Notes: a model not told the origin generated them from the letters alone. Numbered from the stretch's first letter, positions 17,311-25,602 are shown. The stretch: DNA of 35,225 bases from Chloroflexota bacterium (GCA_004298915.1 SCTE01000249.1:1-35225); one strand, 5' to 3'. Program-made: numbers and translations.

Positions 17311-18861
17311 TTACGGTGACGCGAGGACGGTCAGGAAGACCACCACCGTCGCCGTGGTTCCGTTGCGTTCCGCCTGGACGAAGAGTCGGACGAGGGGTCC
17401 CGTGGTTCGAGGCAGGAACACAGCGGGCCCGGGGATCGGGACGAGGCCGCTGGCAAACCATCCGCCGAGGTCACACCCGTTGACGCTCAGCATCTGGCCG
17501 TTCGCCGCGGGATCCAGGCGGCCACAGGAGCCTCCCCAGGTCCGGATGGTCCACCCGGGTGCCTCGATGCGGAGCGGCGTTTCGGGCGGGACCGACAGGA
17601 CGGGCAGGCCGTCCGGGACCTCGCTGGCACCGCAGAACTCGAACCCGCTCGCGCCGACGTCGAAGGCCCAGGTGGCACCACAGAGCGATTGAATCGCCGG
17701 TACGGTCGTGCCGGTCGGCGTCGCGATGCGGATCGACGGAACGTCGGCACCGGCCACGTCGATGAGCCACCGGCGCGTTATTGATACGTCGGCCGAAAAC
17801 CGAATCGTGGCACCGACCGTGACCCGTCCCGTCGGGAGGTCGTGCAGGGCCCATCGATTCTGGGCGTACAGGAACGGATTGTTGGCGGTGTTCTGCTCCT
17901 GGTCGAACTGTGTGTCGAATCCCGTTTCGGGCTGGGAACCGGTCAGGGTCCATCCGATCGCACAGGCATCGCCGACCACCCGAATCTCGAGCGGTTCCCC
18001 GATGCGCACCGCCACCAGCGGTGGGGTCGCGGCCCCCGGCGTGCCCTCGACCGGACCGCCACGAGCCCCGGCGAGGACGAGGGAGGGAGGCACCCCGCCG
18101 GGAGGTGGCGGGGCACAGGCGACGGCGGGCGTCGCGAGCGGGCTCGGGATCGGCACGGGAGCGGCCGAGTTGATGACCCGGAAGTAGCGCTCCAGCACCG
18201 TGCCGCCGTCGTCGCCCGACGACCCGGTCGAGAAGTAGGCCACGACGCGCACGACCCAGTCGCCACTCGGCAGCTGGCCAAGGGGCAGGATGGATCGAGG
18301 CGGGCTGATGTTCACGGTCCGGAATGCGACCGGGTAGGGAAGCGTGACGCCGGGAGCTCCGGGCAGGTATTCGGCGACGACGTACCGCATGCACGCGTCC
18401 TGATCGGCAAGCACCGAGATCGTGGTCCCGGCCGAGAGGCGCAGGGCACCGGCGGCGCCCGGGGTCGGCCATGCGGGTGCGTCGGTGCCGGTGCCGGTCG
18501 CGGTCGCCGGCGTGCCGCGGATCGATCGCGGATCGCCCGGCTCGAGCCCGAGCAGGATCTCCGGCGGCACGCCGAGGCGAACCGGCGTGCAGCCGAGGCC
18601 GGTGTTCTGCGTGGGCGGCGGCAGCGTGCCCGACGTGCCCGACGGACCCGCCGATGCCGACGCGACGGCACCACTCGTCGCCGAGGTCCGTGGCGATGGC
18701 GATGGCGCGGGGCTGGTAAATCCGTGGCCTGCGAGCCCGATCCCGACCCCGACGACCACGACGGCCGCCGCTCCGACCAGCGCGATCCGCGCCCGATCCC
18801 GCGCCCGGCGCGGGGTGCCGAGGACGGGCCCGACGGGCGCCTCGACGCCGTCCGGCTTCAT
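17311..18861 (-). CDS. hypothetical membrane-anchored exported protein, paralog B (516 aa; three Cys-containing modules)
   Basis: The ATG at 18861 overlaps the stop of the upstream paralog (ATGA). The N-terminus MKPDG...RRARDRARIALVGAAAVVVVGVGIGLAG is a signal anchor. There are 8 Cys. It is collinear with paralog A (AQNRW, PGWTIRTWGGSCG, GCDLGG). The 151-aa track extension is Arg-rich and overlaps gene A. Confidence 0.7.
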   Translation of the reverse strand: MKPDGVEAPVGPVLGTPRRARDRARIALVGAAAVVVVGVGIGLAGHGFTSPAPSPSPRTSATSGAVASASAGPSGTSGTLPPPTQNTGLGCTPVRLGVPPEILLGLEPGDPRSIRGTPATATGTGTDAPAWPTPGAAGALRLSAGTTISVLADQDACMRYVVAEYLPGAPGVTLPYPVAFRTVNISPPRSILPLGQLPSGDWVVRVVAYFSTGSSGDDGGTVLERYFRVINSAAPVPIPSPLATPAVACAPPPPGGVPPSLVLAGARGGPVEGTPGAATPPLVAVRIGEPLEIRVVGDACAIGWTLTGSQPETGFDTQFDQEQNTANNPFLYAQNRWALHDLPTGRVTVGATIRFSADVSITRRWLIDVAGADVPSIRIATPTGTTVPAIQSLCGATWAFDVGASGFEFCGASEVPDGLPVLSVPPETPLRIEAPGWTIRTWGGSCGRLDPAANGQMLSVNGCDLGGWFASGLVPIPGPAVFLPRTTGPLVRLFVQAERNGTTATVVVFLTVLASP

Positions 18862-20417
18862 CGGGCGACCACGTGCGCGTAGTACGTCACGGTGAACTGG
18901 TTCCCGCCCGGGTCGACGGCGGTCAGGCCGATCTGCACGATGGTGTCGCCCCGAGGCAGGACGAATGCCGGTGGGTCGGGCAGGGCCCCGCCACCGTCGG
19001 ACGCGCCGCCCCCGAGCCCGCACCCGCCGGGCGAGTCGAATTGCGGCACGTCGGCCACGATGATCTGCCCACACGTCGCGCCCCAACTGACGATCGACCA
19101 GCCGGGCAGGTCCAGGTGGATCACCCGGTAGGCGACGACCCGGAGCGCTTCGTCGGTGGGCACGTAGCCGATCGAGCCGCAGTCGTCGCTCGCCTCGTAG
19201 CCGTTGGACAGGCGCAGCGACAGGCCGCAGCCCGGTGATGCCGCGAACCGGCTTCCGTCCGGACCGACGAGGACGAGCGTTGGCACGACGAATGGATCGA
19301 TGAACAGTCGCCACTCGCGACGGATCGAGACGGCGCCCGGGAACTCGAGCGTGGCGACGACGAGCTGCTCGCCATTGGCGACGATCGGCCAGCGATTCTG
19401 CGCGGCGTAGGTCGGATCATCGGCCGGGTCGTTGAACTCGTCGATGACCGATGTCGTGCCCGACGTCCGGTCGGTCAGCTCGATCCGCCAGCGGGTTGCG
19501 CACACTTCGCCGTCGGTAATGAGCTCGATCGGATCGCCGAGGCGGGCGTGGACGTCGGACGCCACGGCCTCACCCCCCGGCGATCCCGGGATCGCGGATC
19601 CGCCACCGACGACCATCGTCATCCCGAGGTCCGGCGTCGGCTGGCCGGTGCCGCACGGGACGGCCGGGCTGATCACCGGCGCACGCCCGGGCGTTGCCGA
19701 CGGCGGATCGGTGAGGAACGGACCGGCCCCGGCCAGGACCCGGAAGAAGGTCACCGTGACGACATCGTCGCTCACGGTACCGAGCGTCTCGAAGTGGGCG
19801 GTTACTCGAACGGTCCAGTCCCCATCCGGAAGGCCGGTGAGGCCGACCTCCGCTGCTGCCGGCGCAACGGGACCCTTGAAGAGCGGGACGACACTCGCCC
19901 TGGGCACGTCCGAGGTCGACCCGTAGTCGACGACCAGGTGCCGGATGCACACGCCCCGGGCGACACGGACCATGAGGCGGGCGCCCTCCCCCGCGATGAG
20001 CCCCTGACTCGCGCGCGGCACCTGCCATCCGGGCGCCTGCGACTGCTGACCAAACCCCGAGCCGAATCCGAACAAGCCGCCGACCTGGCGACGGCTGCCC
20101 TCGATCCCCATCAGGACCTCGGGAAACTGGCCCCGGGGCGGGGGCGTGCACGCCTGCGCGACACCGGACCCGGAGGGCTCGACCGACGAACCCGCCGAAG
20201 TCCCCGGGGATACAGAGGGATCAGGTGACGGCGACGGGCTGCCGACCACGATGCCGACGACGAGGAGGGCAAGCGCGGCGGCCACGGCACCCGCGCCGCG
20301 CCCAGGGCCGAGCGGCCGCCGACCTGAGCCCGGAATTGCCCCTCGGACGTCACCGCTTCGCGGCTCGATCGCATCGAAGACCGGCAGATCGTCGCCGCGC
20401 TCGGGCTCCCGCATCAC
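18858..20417 (-). CDS. hypothetical membrane-anchored exported protein, paralog A (519 aa; three Cys-containing modules)
   Basis: A ~43-aa N-terminal cytoplasmic tail precedes the TM segment GAGAVAAALALLVVGIVVG. There are 8 Cys at positions aligned with paralog B. Shared motifs are LPDGDWTVRVTAHF, AQNRW, PGWSIVSWGATCG and GCGLGG. Confidence 0.7.
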   Translation of the reverse strand: MMREPERGDDLPVFDAIEPRSGDVRGAIPGSGRRPLGPGRGAGAVAAALALLVVGIVVGSPSPSPDPSVSPGTSAGSSVEPSGSGVAQACTPPPRGQFPEVLMGIEGSRRQVGGLFGFGSGFGQQSQAPGWQVPRASQGLIAGEGARLMVRVARGVCIRHLVVDYGSTSDVPRASVVPLFKGPVAPAAAEVGLTGLPDGDWTVRVTAHFETLGTVSDDVVTVTFFRVLAGAGPFLTDPPSATPGRAPVISPAVPCGTGQPTPDLGMTMVVGGGSAIPGSPGGEAVASDVHARLGDPIELITDGEVCATRWRIELTDRTSGTTSVIDEFNDPADDPTYAAQNRWPIVANGEQLVVATLEFPGAVSIRREWRLFIDPFVVPTLVLVGPDGSRFAASPGCGLSLRLSNGYEASDDCGSIGYVPTDEALRVVAYRVIHLDLPGWSIVSWGATCGQIIVADVPQFDSPGGCGLGGGASDGGGALPDPPAFVLPRGDTIVQIGLTAVDPGGNQFTVTYYAHVVAR

Positions 20418-20514
20418 CCGACCCGACTCGTCACGCGAACGCGTCCATCAAGCACATCGCCATCGCCCCACCATCATGCCCGGCTGACGCCGGATCGTCG
20501 CCATTCGTTACGGC

Positions 20515-21384
20515 GTGGCACCATCGATCGCCATGGCCACCCCGGGTTCACTCGAAACGCATCGGTTGCGGCTGTCCGGCGGCGAGCTGACGTATCTGCT
20601 CAGGAGATCGGCTCGATCGAGGGCGCTTCGGGTGACGATCGATCCCAGGCGCGGGGTCATCGTCACGGTCCCCCTCGCTTCCCGTCGCGGCTGGGCTCAT
20701 CCGGAGCGCGAGGTCGAACGGTTCCTGGTGGCCCGGGAGCCATGGCTTCGACGCCACCTCGCGAAGTTCGAGGGCCAGCGATCGGTCATCGAGGCCCGCG
20801 GAGGGATCGTCGACGGCGGGACGTTCCGGTATCTCGGGGAGCTCCATCGATTGCGGTTCCTTCCGGCGGCCGCGGGCGTCCGTCGATCCACCGTTGCCAG
20901 GCTCGGCGCGGACGACGGCGACGAGATCCACCTGTCGCTCATCCAGCGCGACCTGGGAGCCGCGATCGAGCGCGAGGTGCCCGCGGCGGTGCTGAAGGCG
21001 TGGCTGCGGGCGCGCGCGGCGGTCGCGATCGATCGAGCCGTCGCGACGCATGCGCCGGCACTCGGCGTAAAGCCCGGCCGGATCACCTTGCGCGACACGC
21101 GCTCGCGCTGGGGGAGTGCCTCGAGGAAGGGCAGCATCTCCCTGTCGTGGCGGCTCATCCTGGCGCCACCCGAGGCCCTTGAGACGGTCGTCATCCACGA
21201 GCTCGCCCACCTGCGCGAGTTCGGCCACGGCCCGCGGTTCTGGGCCCTGGTCGCGTCCCGCCGGCCGGATCACCAGGCCTGGCGGCGCTGGCTGCGGGCG
21301 CATTCGATGGAGCTGCACGCTGCACTCGATCCGCCGGCCGCGCGGGACTCGCTGCTCCCCGACGATGGCATCGACGTCGAATGA
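20515..21384 (+). CDS. YgjP-like (DUF45/M48-related) zinc metallopeptidase
   Basis: RSRWGSASRKGSISLSWRLILAPPEALETVVIHELAHLREFGHGPRFWALV contains the HExxH motif in the typical DUF45 context. The start is GTG at 20515 or ATG at 20533. Confidence 0.8.
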   Translation: MAPSIAMATPGSLETHRLRLSGGELTYLLRRSARSRALRVTIDPRRGVIVTVPLASRRGWAHPEREVERFLVAREPWLRRHLAKFEGQRSVIEARGGIVDGGTFRYLGELHRLRFLPAAAGVRRSTVARLGADDGDEIHLSLIQRDLGAAIEREVPAAVLKAWLRARAAVAIDRAVATHAPALGVKPGRITLRDTRSRWGSASRKGSISLSWRLILAPPEALETVVIHELAHLREFGHGPRFWALVASRRPDHQAWRRWLRAHSMELHAALDPPAARDSLLPDDGIDVE

Positions 21385-21408
21385 CCGCATGCGGCGATCA
21401 CCGGAACT

Positions 21409-21493
21409 TGGTGGGCCGGGGCGGAATCGAACCGCCACAGTCGAAGACGAGGGTTTTACAGACCCTTGGGCTCACCACCTGCCCGACCGACCC
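21409..21493 (-). tRNA. tRNA-Tyr (anticodon GTA), class II long variable arm, CCA encoded
   Basis: 85 nt, folded by hand: acceptor GGGTCGG/CCGGCCC, anticodon arm AGGGT-CTGTAAA-ACCCT, a 13-nt variable arm, and T-arm GGCGG-TTCGATT-CCGCC. Confidence 0.9.
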
Positions 21494-21669
21494 ATGTGGG
21501 TGACCTTGCCGAGGCCGATCGGGGAACCCGGCGGCTCGGAGCGGCCGCTATCTTGCCAGACTCGGCCACGCCGCGCCCGTCTGCACGTCCCGACCTCCGC
21601 GGCTCCCTTCTCATCTGATTCTCATCTCGGAGTTCGACGATGGATGCCTGAGCGTCCGCGGCGGCGCTG

Positions 21670-22776
21670 ATGAAAGGACCGTCTGTGACCAAGCGCCGCA
21701 TCGTCGCGAACGTGCTCATCGCGTCCGCCATCGCCGTCACGCTCGTCGGCATCGGGCTCATCTCGAAGAACCGAGATGCGCTCACGGCCCAGGCCACCGG
21801 CTCGCCCGGCGTACCCACGGACTCGACGTCCGTCCCGACGCCCAGCCTGACTGCCACCGCGTCCGGATCACCGCTCGAGACGCCGAGTTCCACGTCGAGT
21901 GCGGGCGAGCCGACCTCGCCACCCGAAACCACGAAGCCGGGTCGGACGCCCGGTCCCACGCCGCCGCCAACACCGAAGCCCGCGGCATGGCCGGCGATCG
22001 GCCACATCTACACGATCGTCATGGAGAACGAGGAGGCAACCTCGATCATCGGCAGCGCCAAGGCGCCGTACATCAACAGCCTTGCGGCCACCTACGGGCT
22101 CGCGGCGAACTTCACGGCCGTGGCGCATCCGTCCGAACCGAACTACGTCGCGATGTTCTCGGGCTCGACGCAGGGTGTGACCGACGACGCCACGCACACG
22201 TTCACCAAGGTGGCCAACCTCGCCGACCAGATCGAGGCCTCCGGGCGCGACTGGCATGTCGCGGCGCAGAACGTGAAGCTCGAGTGCTTCGCCGGGACCT
22301 CGTCGTCGGGCGGAGCGGACGGCGCCGGAACGTACGTTCGCAAGCACGAGCCGGCCATCATGTTCAGCCAGATCGCCTCGAACCCTGGCCGCTGCGCCAA
22401 GATCACCGACTTCACCCACTTCGATCCGAACCTGGGCAACTACTGGTTCATCGCCCCGAACCTGTGCAACGACATGCATGACTGTCCGATTGCAACGGGC
22501 GACGCCTTCCTGAGGTCGTTCCTGCCGACGATCCTCGACTCGGCCGCGTTCAGGAAGGACGGCCTGATCTTCCTGACCTTCGACGAGGGGTCGTCGAAGA
22601 AGGGCGGCGGCGGCGAGGTCGTCACGGTCGTCATCAGCCCGAAGGGCAAGGCCGGGTACGTCTCGAACGTCGCCTACAACCACTACTCGGTGCTGCGAAC
22701 GATCGAGACGCTCTGGAAGATGCCCTGCCTCGCCAACGCCTGCAAGGCCGCGCCCATGCGGGACATGTTCCGCTGA
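21670..22776 (+). CDS. phosphoesterase-family protein (acid phosphatase / phospholipase C-like), membrane-anchored with a Pro/Thr linker
   Basis: An N-terminal TM segment and PT-rich linker are followed by IYTIVMENEEA...APYINSLA...HPSEPNYVAMFSGSTQG...FIAPNLCNDMHDC...LTFDEG, typical of the phosphoesterase family. An alternative start is GTG at 21685. Confidence 0.75.
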   Translation: MKGPSVTKRRIVANVLIASAIAVTLVGIGLISKNRDALTAQATGSPGVPTDSTSVPTPSLTATASGSPLETPSSTSSAGEPTSPPETTKPGRTPGPTPPPTPKPAAWPAIGHIYTIVMENEEATSIIGSAKAPYINSLAATYGLAANFTAVAHPSEPNYVAMFSGSTQGVTDDATHTFTKVANLADQIEASGRDWHVAAQNVKLECFAGTSSSGGADGAGTYVRKHEPAIMFSQIASNPGRCAKITDFTHFDPNLGNYWFIAPNLCNDMHDCPIATGDAFLRSFLPTILDSAAFRKDGLIFLTFDEGSSKKGGGGEVVTVVISPKGKAGYVSNVAYNHYSVLRTIETLWKMPCLANACKAAPMRDMFR

Positions 22777-22785
22777 GCGGTTGGG

Positions 22786-22861
22786 TGGTGGAGATGAGGG
22801 GACTCGAACCCCTGACCCCCGCGATGCGAACGCGGTGCTCTTCCAGCTGAGCTACATCCCC
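22786..22861 (-). tRNA. tRNA-Ala (anticodon CGC), CCA encoded
   Basis: 76 nt: acceptor GGGGATG/CATCTCC with G3:U70, anticodon loop TTCGCAT, and T-loop GGTTCGAGTCC. Confidence 0.93.
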
Positions 22862-22978
22862 ACGGGGGCGTCGCAGCACGCTGAACGGCTGGACGGGCCG
22901 AGAGTGTAGCACGAGGTCGGGCGAATTCCGGGTGGCTGCCCTGCCCGAACGGATCCGGAGACCGGGTCGATTTGGCCA

Positions 22979-23007
22979 TTGATTCATTCGAACAGATGTT
23001 CGATACT
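22979..23007 (+). promoter_or_regulatory. LexA (SOS) box TCGAACAGATGTTCGA inside the imuA' promoter (-35 TTGATT, 17-bp spacer, -10 GATACT)
   Basis: The box at 22988-23003 is a perfect palindrome matching the actinobacterial consensus TCGAAC-N4-GTTCGA. The -10 ends 9 nt before the ATG at 23017, so the mRNA is leaderless or nearly so. Confidence 0.8.
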
Positions 23008-23016
23008 TACCATCTC

Positions 23017-24192
23017 ATGGCAACCCTGTCCGCGGATGTGACGACCGCCCTCGCGACCCTGCAATCGCGCTGGGGAGCGGCCGCGCCGCGCCCCGGGGAA
23101 GTGATGGGAGCACTCGCGCTGGCGCCTGCCGTCCTGCCGGATGCGGCCACGAACCCGGACCCGACGCCCGACCTCGCGCGCGTCTACTCCACCGGGTTCC
23201 CGGCGCTGGATGCCATCCTCGGGCCGGGGGGCCTGCCACGCGGGATGGGCCTTTCGCTGCGGGGCGAGCTCTCGAGCGGGCGGACGACGATCGCCCTCCG
23301 GCTCGCTGCCGAGGCGCAGGCGAGTGGCGCCATCGTGGCCTGGCTTGATCTCGCGGAGGCCTTCGATCCGGTCGAAGCCGCGGCCCGCGGCATGCAGCTG
23401 GAGTGGCTGGTAGTGCTCACCCCGGCTGGCCCGGAGGAGGGCCTCGCGATCGCGGGGTCGCTCCTGTCCGGCCGGACCGTGGACCTGCTCGTCATGGACC
23501 TGCCGCCTCGTCCGGACGGAGCGTCGCGCTTTGCCGATCGACTCGGGCGGCTCGCCGCCCTGGCTCGCCGGGCGGGTATCTCGCTGCTCATCCTCGAACC
23601 GCCGGGCCTCGTGAACTCGGTGGCGGCCGCGGTCGGGGAGGGCACGGGCATCCGCCTCGAACTCGAGCGACGGTCATGGATCCGGCTTGGCCGCGATGTC
23701 GTCGGGCAGGCCGCCGATGTCGTCGTCGCGCGGAGCCGGGCCGGCCCACCCGGGCGGCGGACCACGCTCCGGATCCTCTATGCCGACGGCGGGGATCGGG
23801 ATGCGTGCCTCCGCCAGGAGGCCCTCCTCAGGGAAGGCTTGCCGGCCGAGGTCGTGCCCATCCGGGCCAACCCCCGCGCCGGCAGTACCACCGACCGATC
23901 CACCCGATTCGCCGCCCCAATTCATGCCCCCGTTCCAGTGCCCGGGACGACCCATGCAACTCCTTCATTGCTATCGCCCGCATCTCCTCCTCGACCTGAC
24001 CAGGCAGCGCCGGGCCTCCGGCTCGTGGCCGGCGGGCCCGATCGTCCTCGGGGGCCAGCCATGGGGCGCGGGGACCGTGCTGGACGCGGATCCCGCGGCC
24101 CGGCACCTCGGCGTCCGGCGCGGGATGCCGCTCGGGTCGGCTCACCGGCTGGCACCGGAGGCAACCTTCCTCGATCCGGAACCGGAGGCTGA
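23017..24192 (+). CDS. imuA: ImuA/ImuA'-type RecA-fold SOS mutasome protein
   Basis: GFPALDAILGPGGLPRGMGLSLRGELSSGRTTIALRLAAEAQASGAIVAWLDLAEAFDP...VDLLVMDL parallels the RecA core. The gene is preceded by a LexA box and followed by imuB. The conserved part ends near aa 275, but the frame stays open to 24192. Confidence 0.75.
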   Translation: MATLSADVTTALATLQSRWGAAAPRPGEVMGALALAPAVLPDAATNPDPTPDLARVYSTGFPALDAILGPGGLPRGMGLSLRGELSSGRTTIALRLAAEAQASGAIVAWLDLAEAFDPVEAAARGMQLEWLVVLTPAGPEEGLAIAGSLLSGRTVDLLVMDLPPRPDGASRFADRLGRLAALARRAGISLLILEPPGLVNSVAAAVGEGTGIRLELERRSWIRLGRDVVGQAADVVVARSRAGPPGRRTTLRILYADGGDRDACLRQEALLREGLPAEVVPIRANPRAGSTTDRSTRFAAPIHAPVPVPGTTHATPSLLSPASPPRPDQAAPGLRLVAGGPDRPRGPAMGRGDRAGRGSRGPAPRRPARDAARVGSPAGTGGNLPRSGTGG

Positions 24193-25213
24193 TCGGGCGT
24201 CCATCGAGGCCGCCTTCGAGGCGCTCGCGACGTTCAGCCCGGCGATTGCCGGATCAGCCGATCCCGCGGACCAGGCATTCGGCCTGCTCGAGGCCCAGAT
24301 CGACGGCCTCGAGCTCCTGTGGGGCCCGGAGCCGGTCCTCGTCGAACGGATCGGCGCGAAGCTGGCGCCGATCCTCGCCGGGCGGCCCCGCAACGGCATT
24401 GCCGGGACGCGCTTCGCGGCGATGGTCGCGGCGGCGACCGCGGAGCCCGGGGCGTTGATGTCCGTGCCCCCCGGCGGGGAAGCAGCCTTCCTGGCGCCGA
24501 TGCCGACCGGGCTGCTGACCCAGGATGCCGAGATCCGGGCCCGCCTGCGGCGCTTCGGGCTGCGCCGGATCGGGCAGGTTGCCGAGCTCGCCGCGTCCGC
24601 GCTCGTGGCCAGGTTCGGGGAGGAAGGCGCCCGGATCGGGGCCCGGGCCCGGGGCGAGGAGACCGATCCCTTCCGGCCGCGCCGGGCCCCCGAGCGATTG
24701 CTCCTGGCCCTCCCGATCGAGCCGCCGGTCGCGGAGCTGGAGGCCGTCCGGTTCGTGCTGCGACGGATCGCCACCGCGCTTGCCGCGAACCTCGCGGCCC
24801 GCGGCCTTGCGGCCGCGCGCGGGCAGGTCCGCCTGGAGCTGGATCTCGCCTTCGCCCGCGCGGGGACACGCGGCGAGGTGATCATCCAGGCGCGGTTCCC
24901 CGAGCCGACCGCCGATGCGGAGGCGATCGAGCGGCTGCTCCTGGCGCACCTCGAGCGGACCCCACCCCCGGCCCCGGTCGCCCGCCTGGAGCTCGAGCTG
25001 TCCGGTGCCGAGCCGGCCGAGGGTCAGCAGCTGCCGCTGTTCATCCCGCAGGCCCTGCGCGGCGCACGGCTGCGCTGGCAACTTGCCCGATTGGCGATGA
25101 CCTATGGCGAGGATCGCGTTCGCAGCGTGGTCATCACGGACCCGGAAGCGCCGCTGTCCGAGAATCGCTGGGCCTGGCGGGCGGTGGCAGGCGCGGGCGG
25201 GCCCCTCCGATGA
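23954..25213 (+). CDS. imuB: ImuB, Y-family-polymerase-like mutasome subunit
   Basis: MQLLHCYRPHLLLDL...VLDADPAARHLGVRRGMPLGSA...LEAQIDGLELLWG resembles the DinB fold but lacks the catalytic acidic N-terminal motif. The position is typical for imuB. Confidence 0.85.
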   Translation: MQLLHCYRPHLLLDLTRQRRASGSWPAGPIVLGGQPWGAGTVLDADPAARHLGVRRGMPLGSAHRLAPEATFLDPEPEADRASIEAAFEALATFSPAIAGSADPADQAFGLLEAQIDGLELLWGPEPVLVERIGAKLAPILAGRPRNGIAGTRFAAMVAAATAEPGALMSVPPGGEAAFLAPMPTGLLTQDAEIRARLRRFGLRRIGQVAELAASALVARFGEEGARIGARARGEETDPFRPRRAPERLLLALPIEPPVAELEAVRFVLRRIATALAANLAARGLAAARGQVRLELDLAFARAGTRGEVIIQARFPEPTADAEAIERLLLAHLERTPPPAPVARLELELSGAEPAEGQQLPLFIPQALRGARLRWQLARLAMTYGEDRVRSVVITDPEAPLSENRWAWRAVAGAGGPLR

Positions 25214-25458
25214 CGAGGCTCCTTCATGCGCACCCGGCCATCGAGCCGGAACTCGATGGTGGTGGTGCGCTCGTGGCCATCCGCTGGGCGGGTCGCCGGG
25301 AGCCCGTCGAGGTCTGCAATCGCTGGCGGGTCGAGGAGACCTGGTGGCGCGAGCCGATCGCGCGGGACTATTTCAAGGTCGTCGGAACGCGCTGGCTCGC
25401 GCTCATCTACTACGACCGCGTCAGCGGCTCATGGCACCTGGAGCGGCTCTACGACTGA
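25210..25458 (+). CDS. small Trp/Arg-rich conserved-looking protein (82 aa) translationally coupled to imuB
   Basis: The ATG at 25210 overlaps the imuB TGA (ATGA). The product is MTRLLHAHPAIEPELDGGGALVAIRWAGRREPVEVCNRWRVEETWWREPIARDYFKVVGTRWLALIYYDRVSGSWHLERLYD. It may belong to a catalogued DUF (I recall DUF6504). That assignment is unverified. Confidence 0.65.
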   Translation: MTRLLHAHPAIEPELDGGGALVAIRWAGRREPVEVCNRWRVEETWWREPIARDYFKVVGTRWLALIYYDRVSGSWHLERLYD

Positions 25459-25503
25459 ATCGTCCAGTCGTCGGGTCCGCCCGGTGGCCTTGCCGCCGCG
25501 CCC

Positions 25504-25602
25504 TCAGTGGGTCGGCACGAGCACCGTCGTCAGGAACAGCATCACGAACAACCCGACCACGAACACCAACGCCCCGACATCGCGCGGCTGAGCCGTCTGC
25601 AC
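25504..25602 (-). CDS. small single-TM peptide (32 aa); not in the ORF track
   Basis: GGAG-N7-GTG (25602). The peptide is MQTAQPRDVGALVFVVGLFVMLFLTTVLVPTH*. About 30 of 32 codons end in G or C. It shares an RD[VI].GA[LV] start-of-TM motif with the 25742-25846 peptide. Confidence 0.4.
   Translation of the reverse strand: MQTAQPRDVGALVFVVGLFVMLFLTTVLVPTH

Noticed and set aside
18862-19314. 151-codon N-terminal extension of paralog B (track ORF 17311-19314)
   Set aside because: The extension lies inside paralog A in another frame and is Arg-rich. The ATG at 18861 gives an N-terminus and length matching paralog A and forms an ATGA coupling junction.
21409-22861. tRNA-flanked segment as a genomic island or integrative element
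   Set aside because: No integrase or recombinase is present, no duplicated tRNA 3' segment is visible, and there is only one cargo gene. I kept it only as a low-interest observation.
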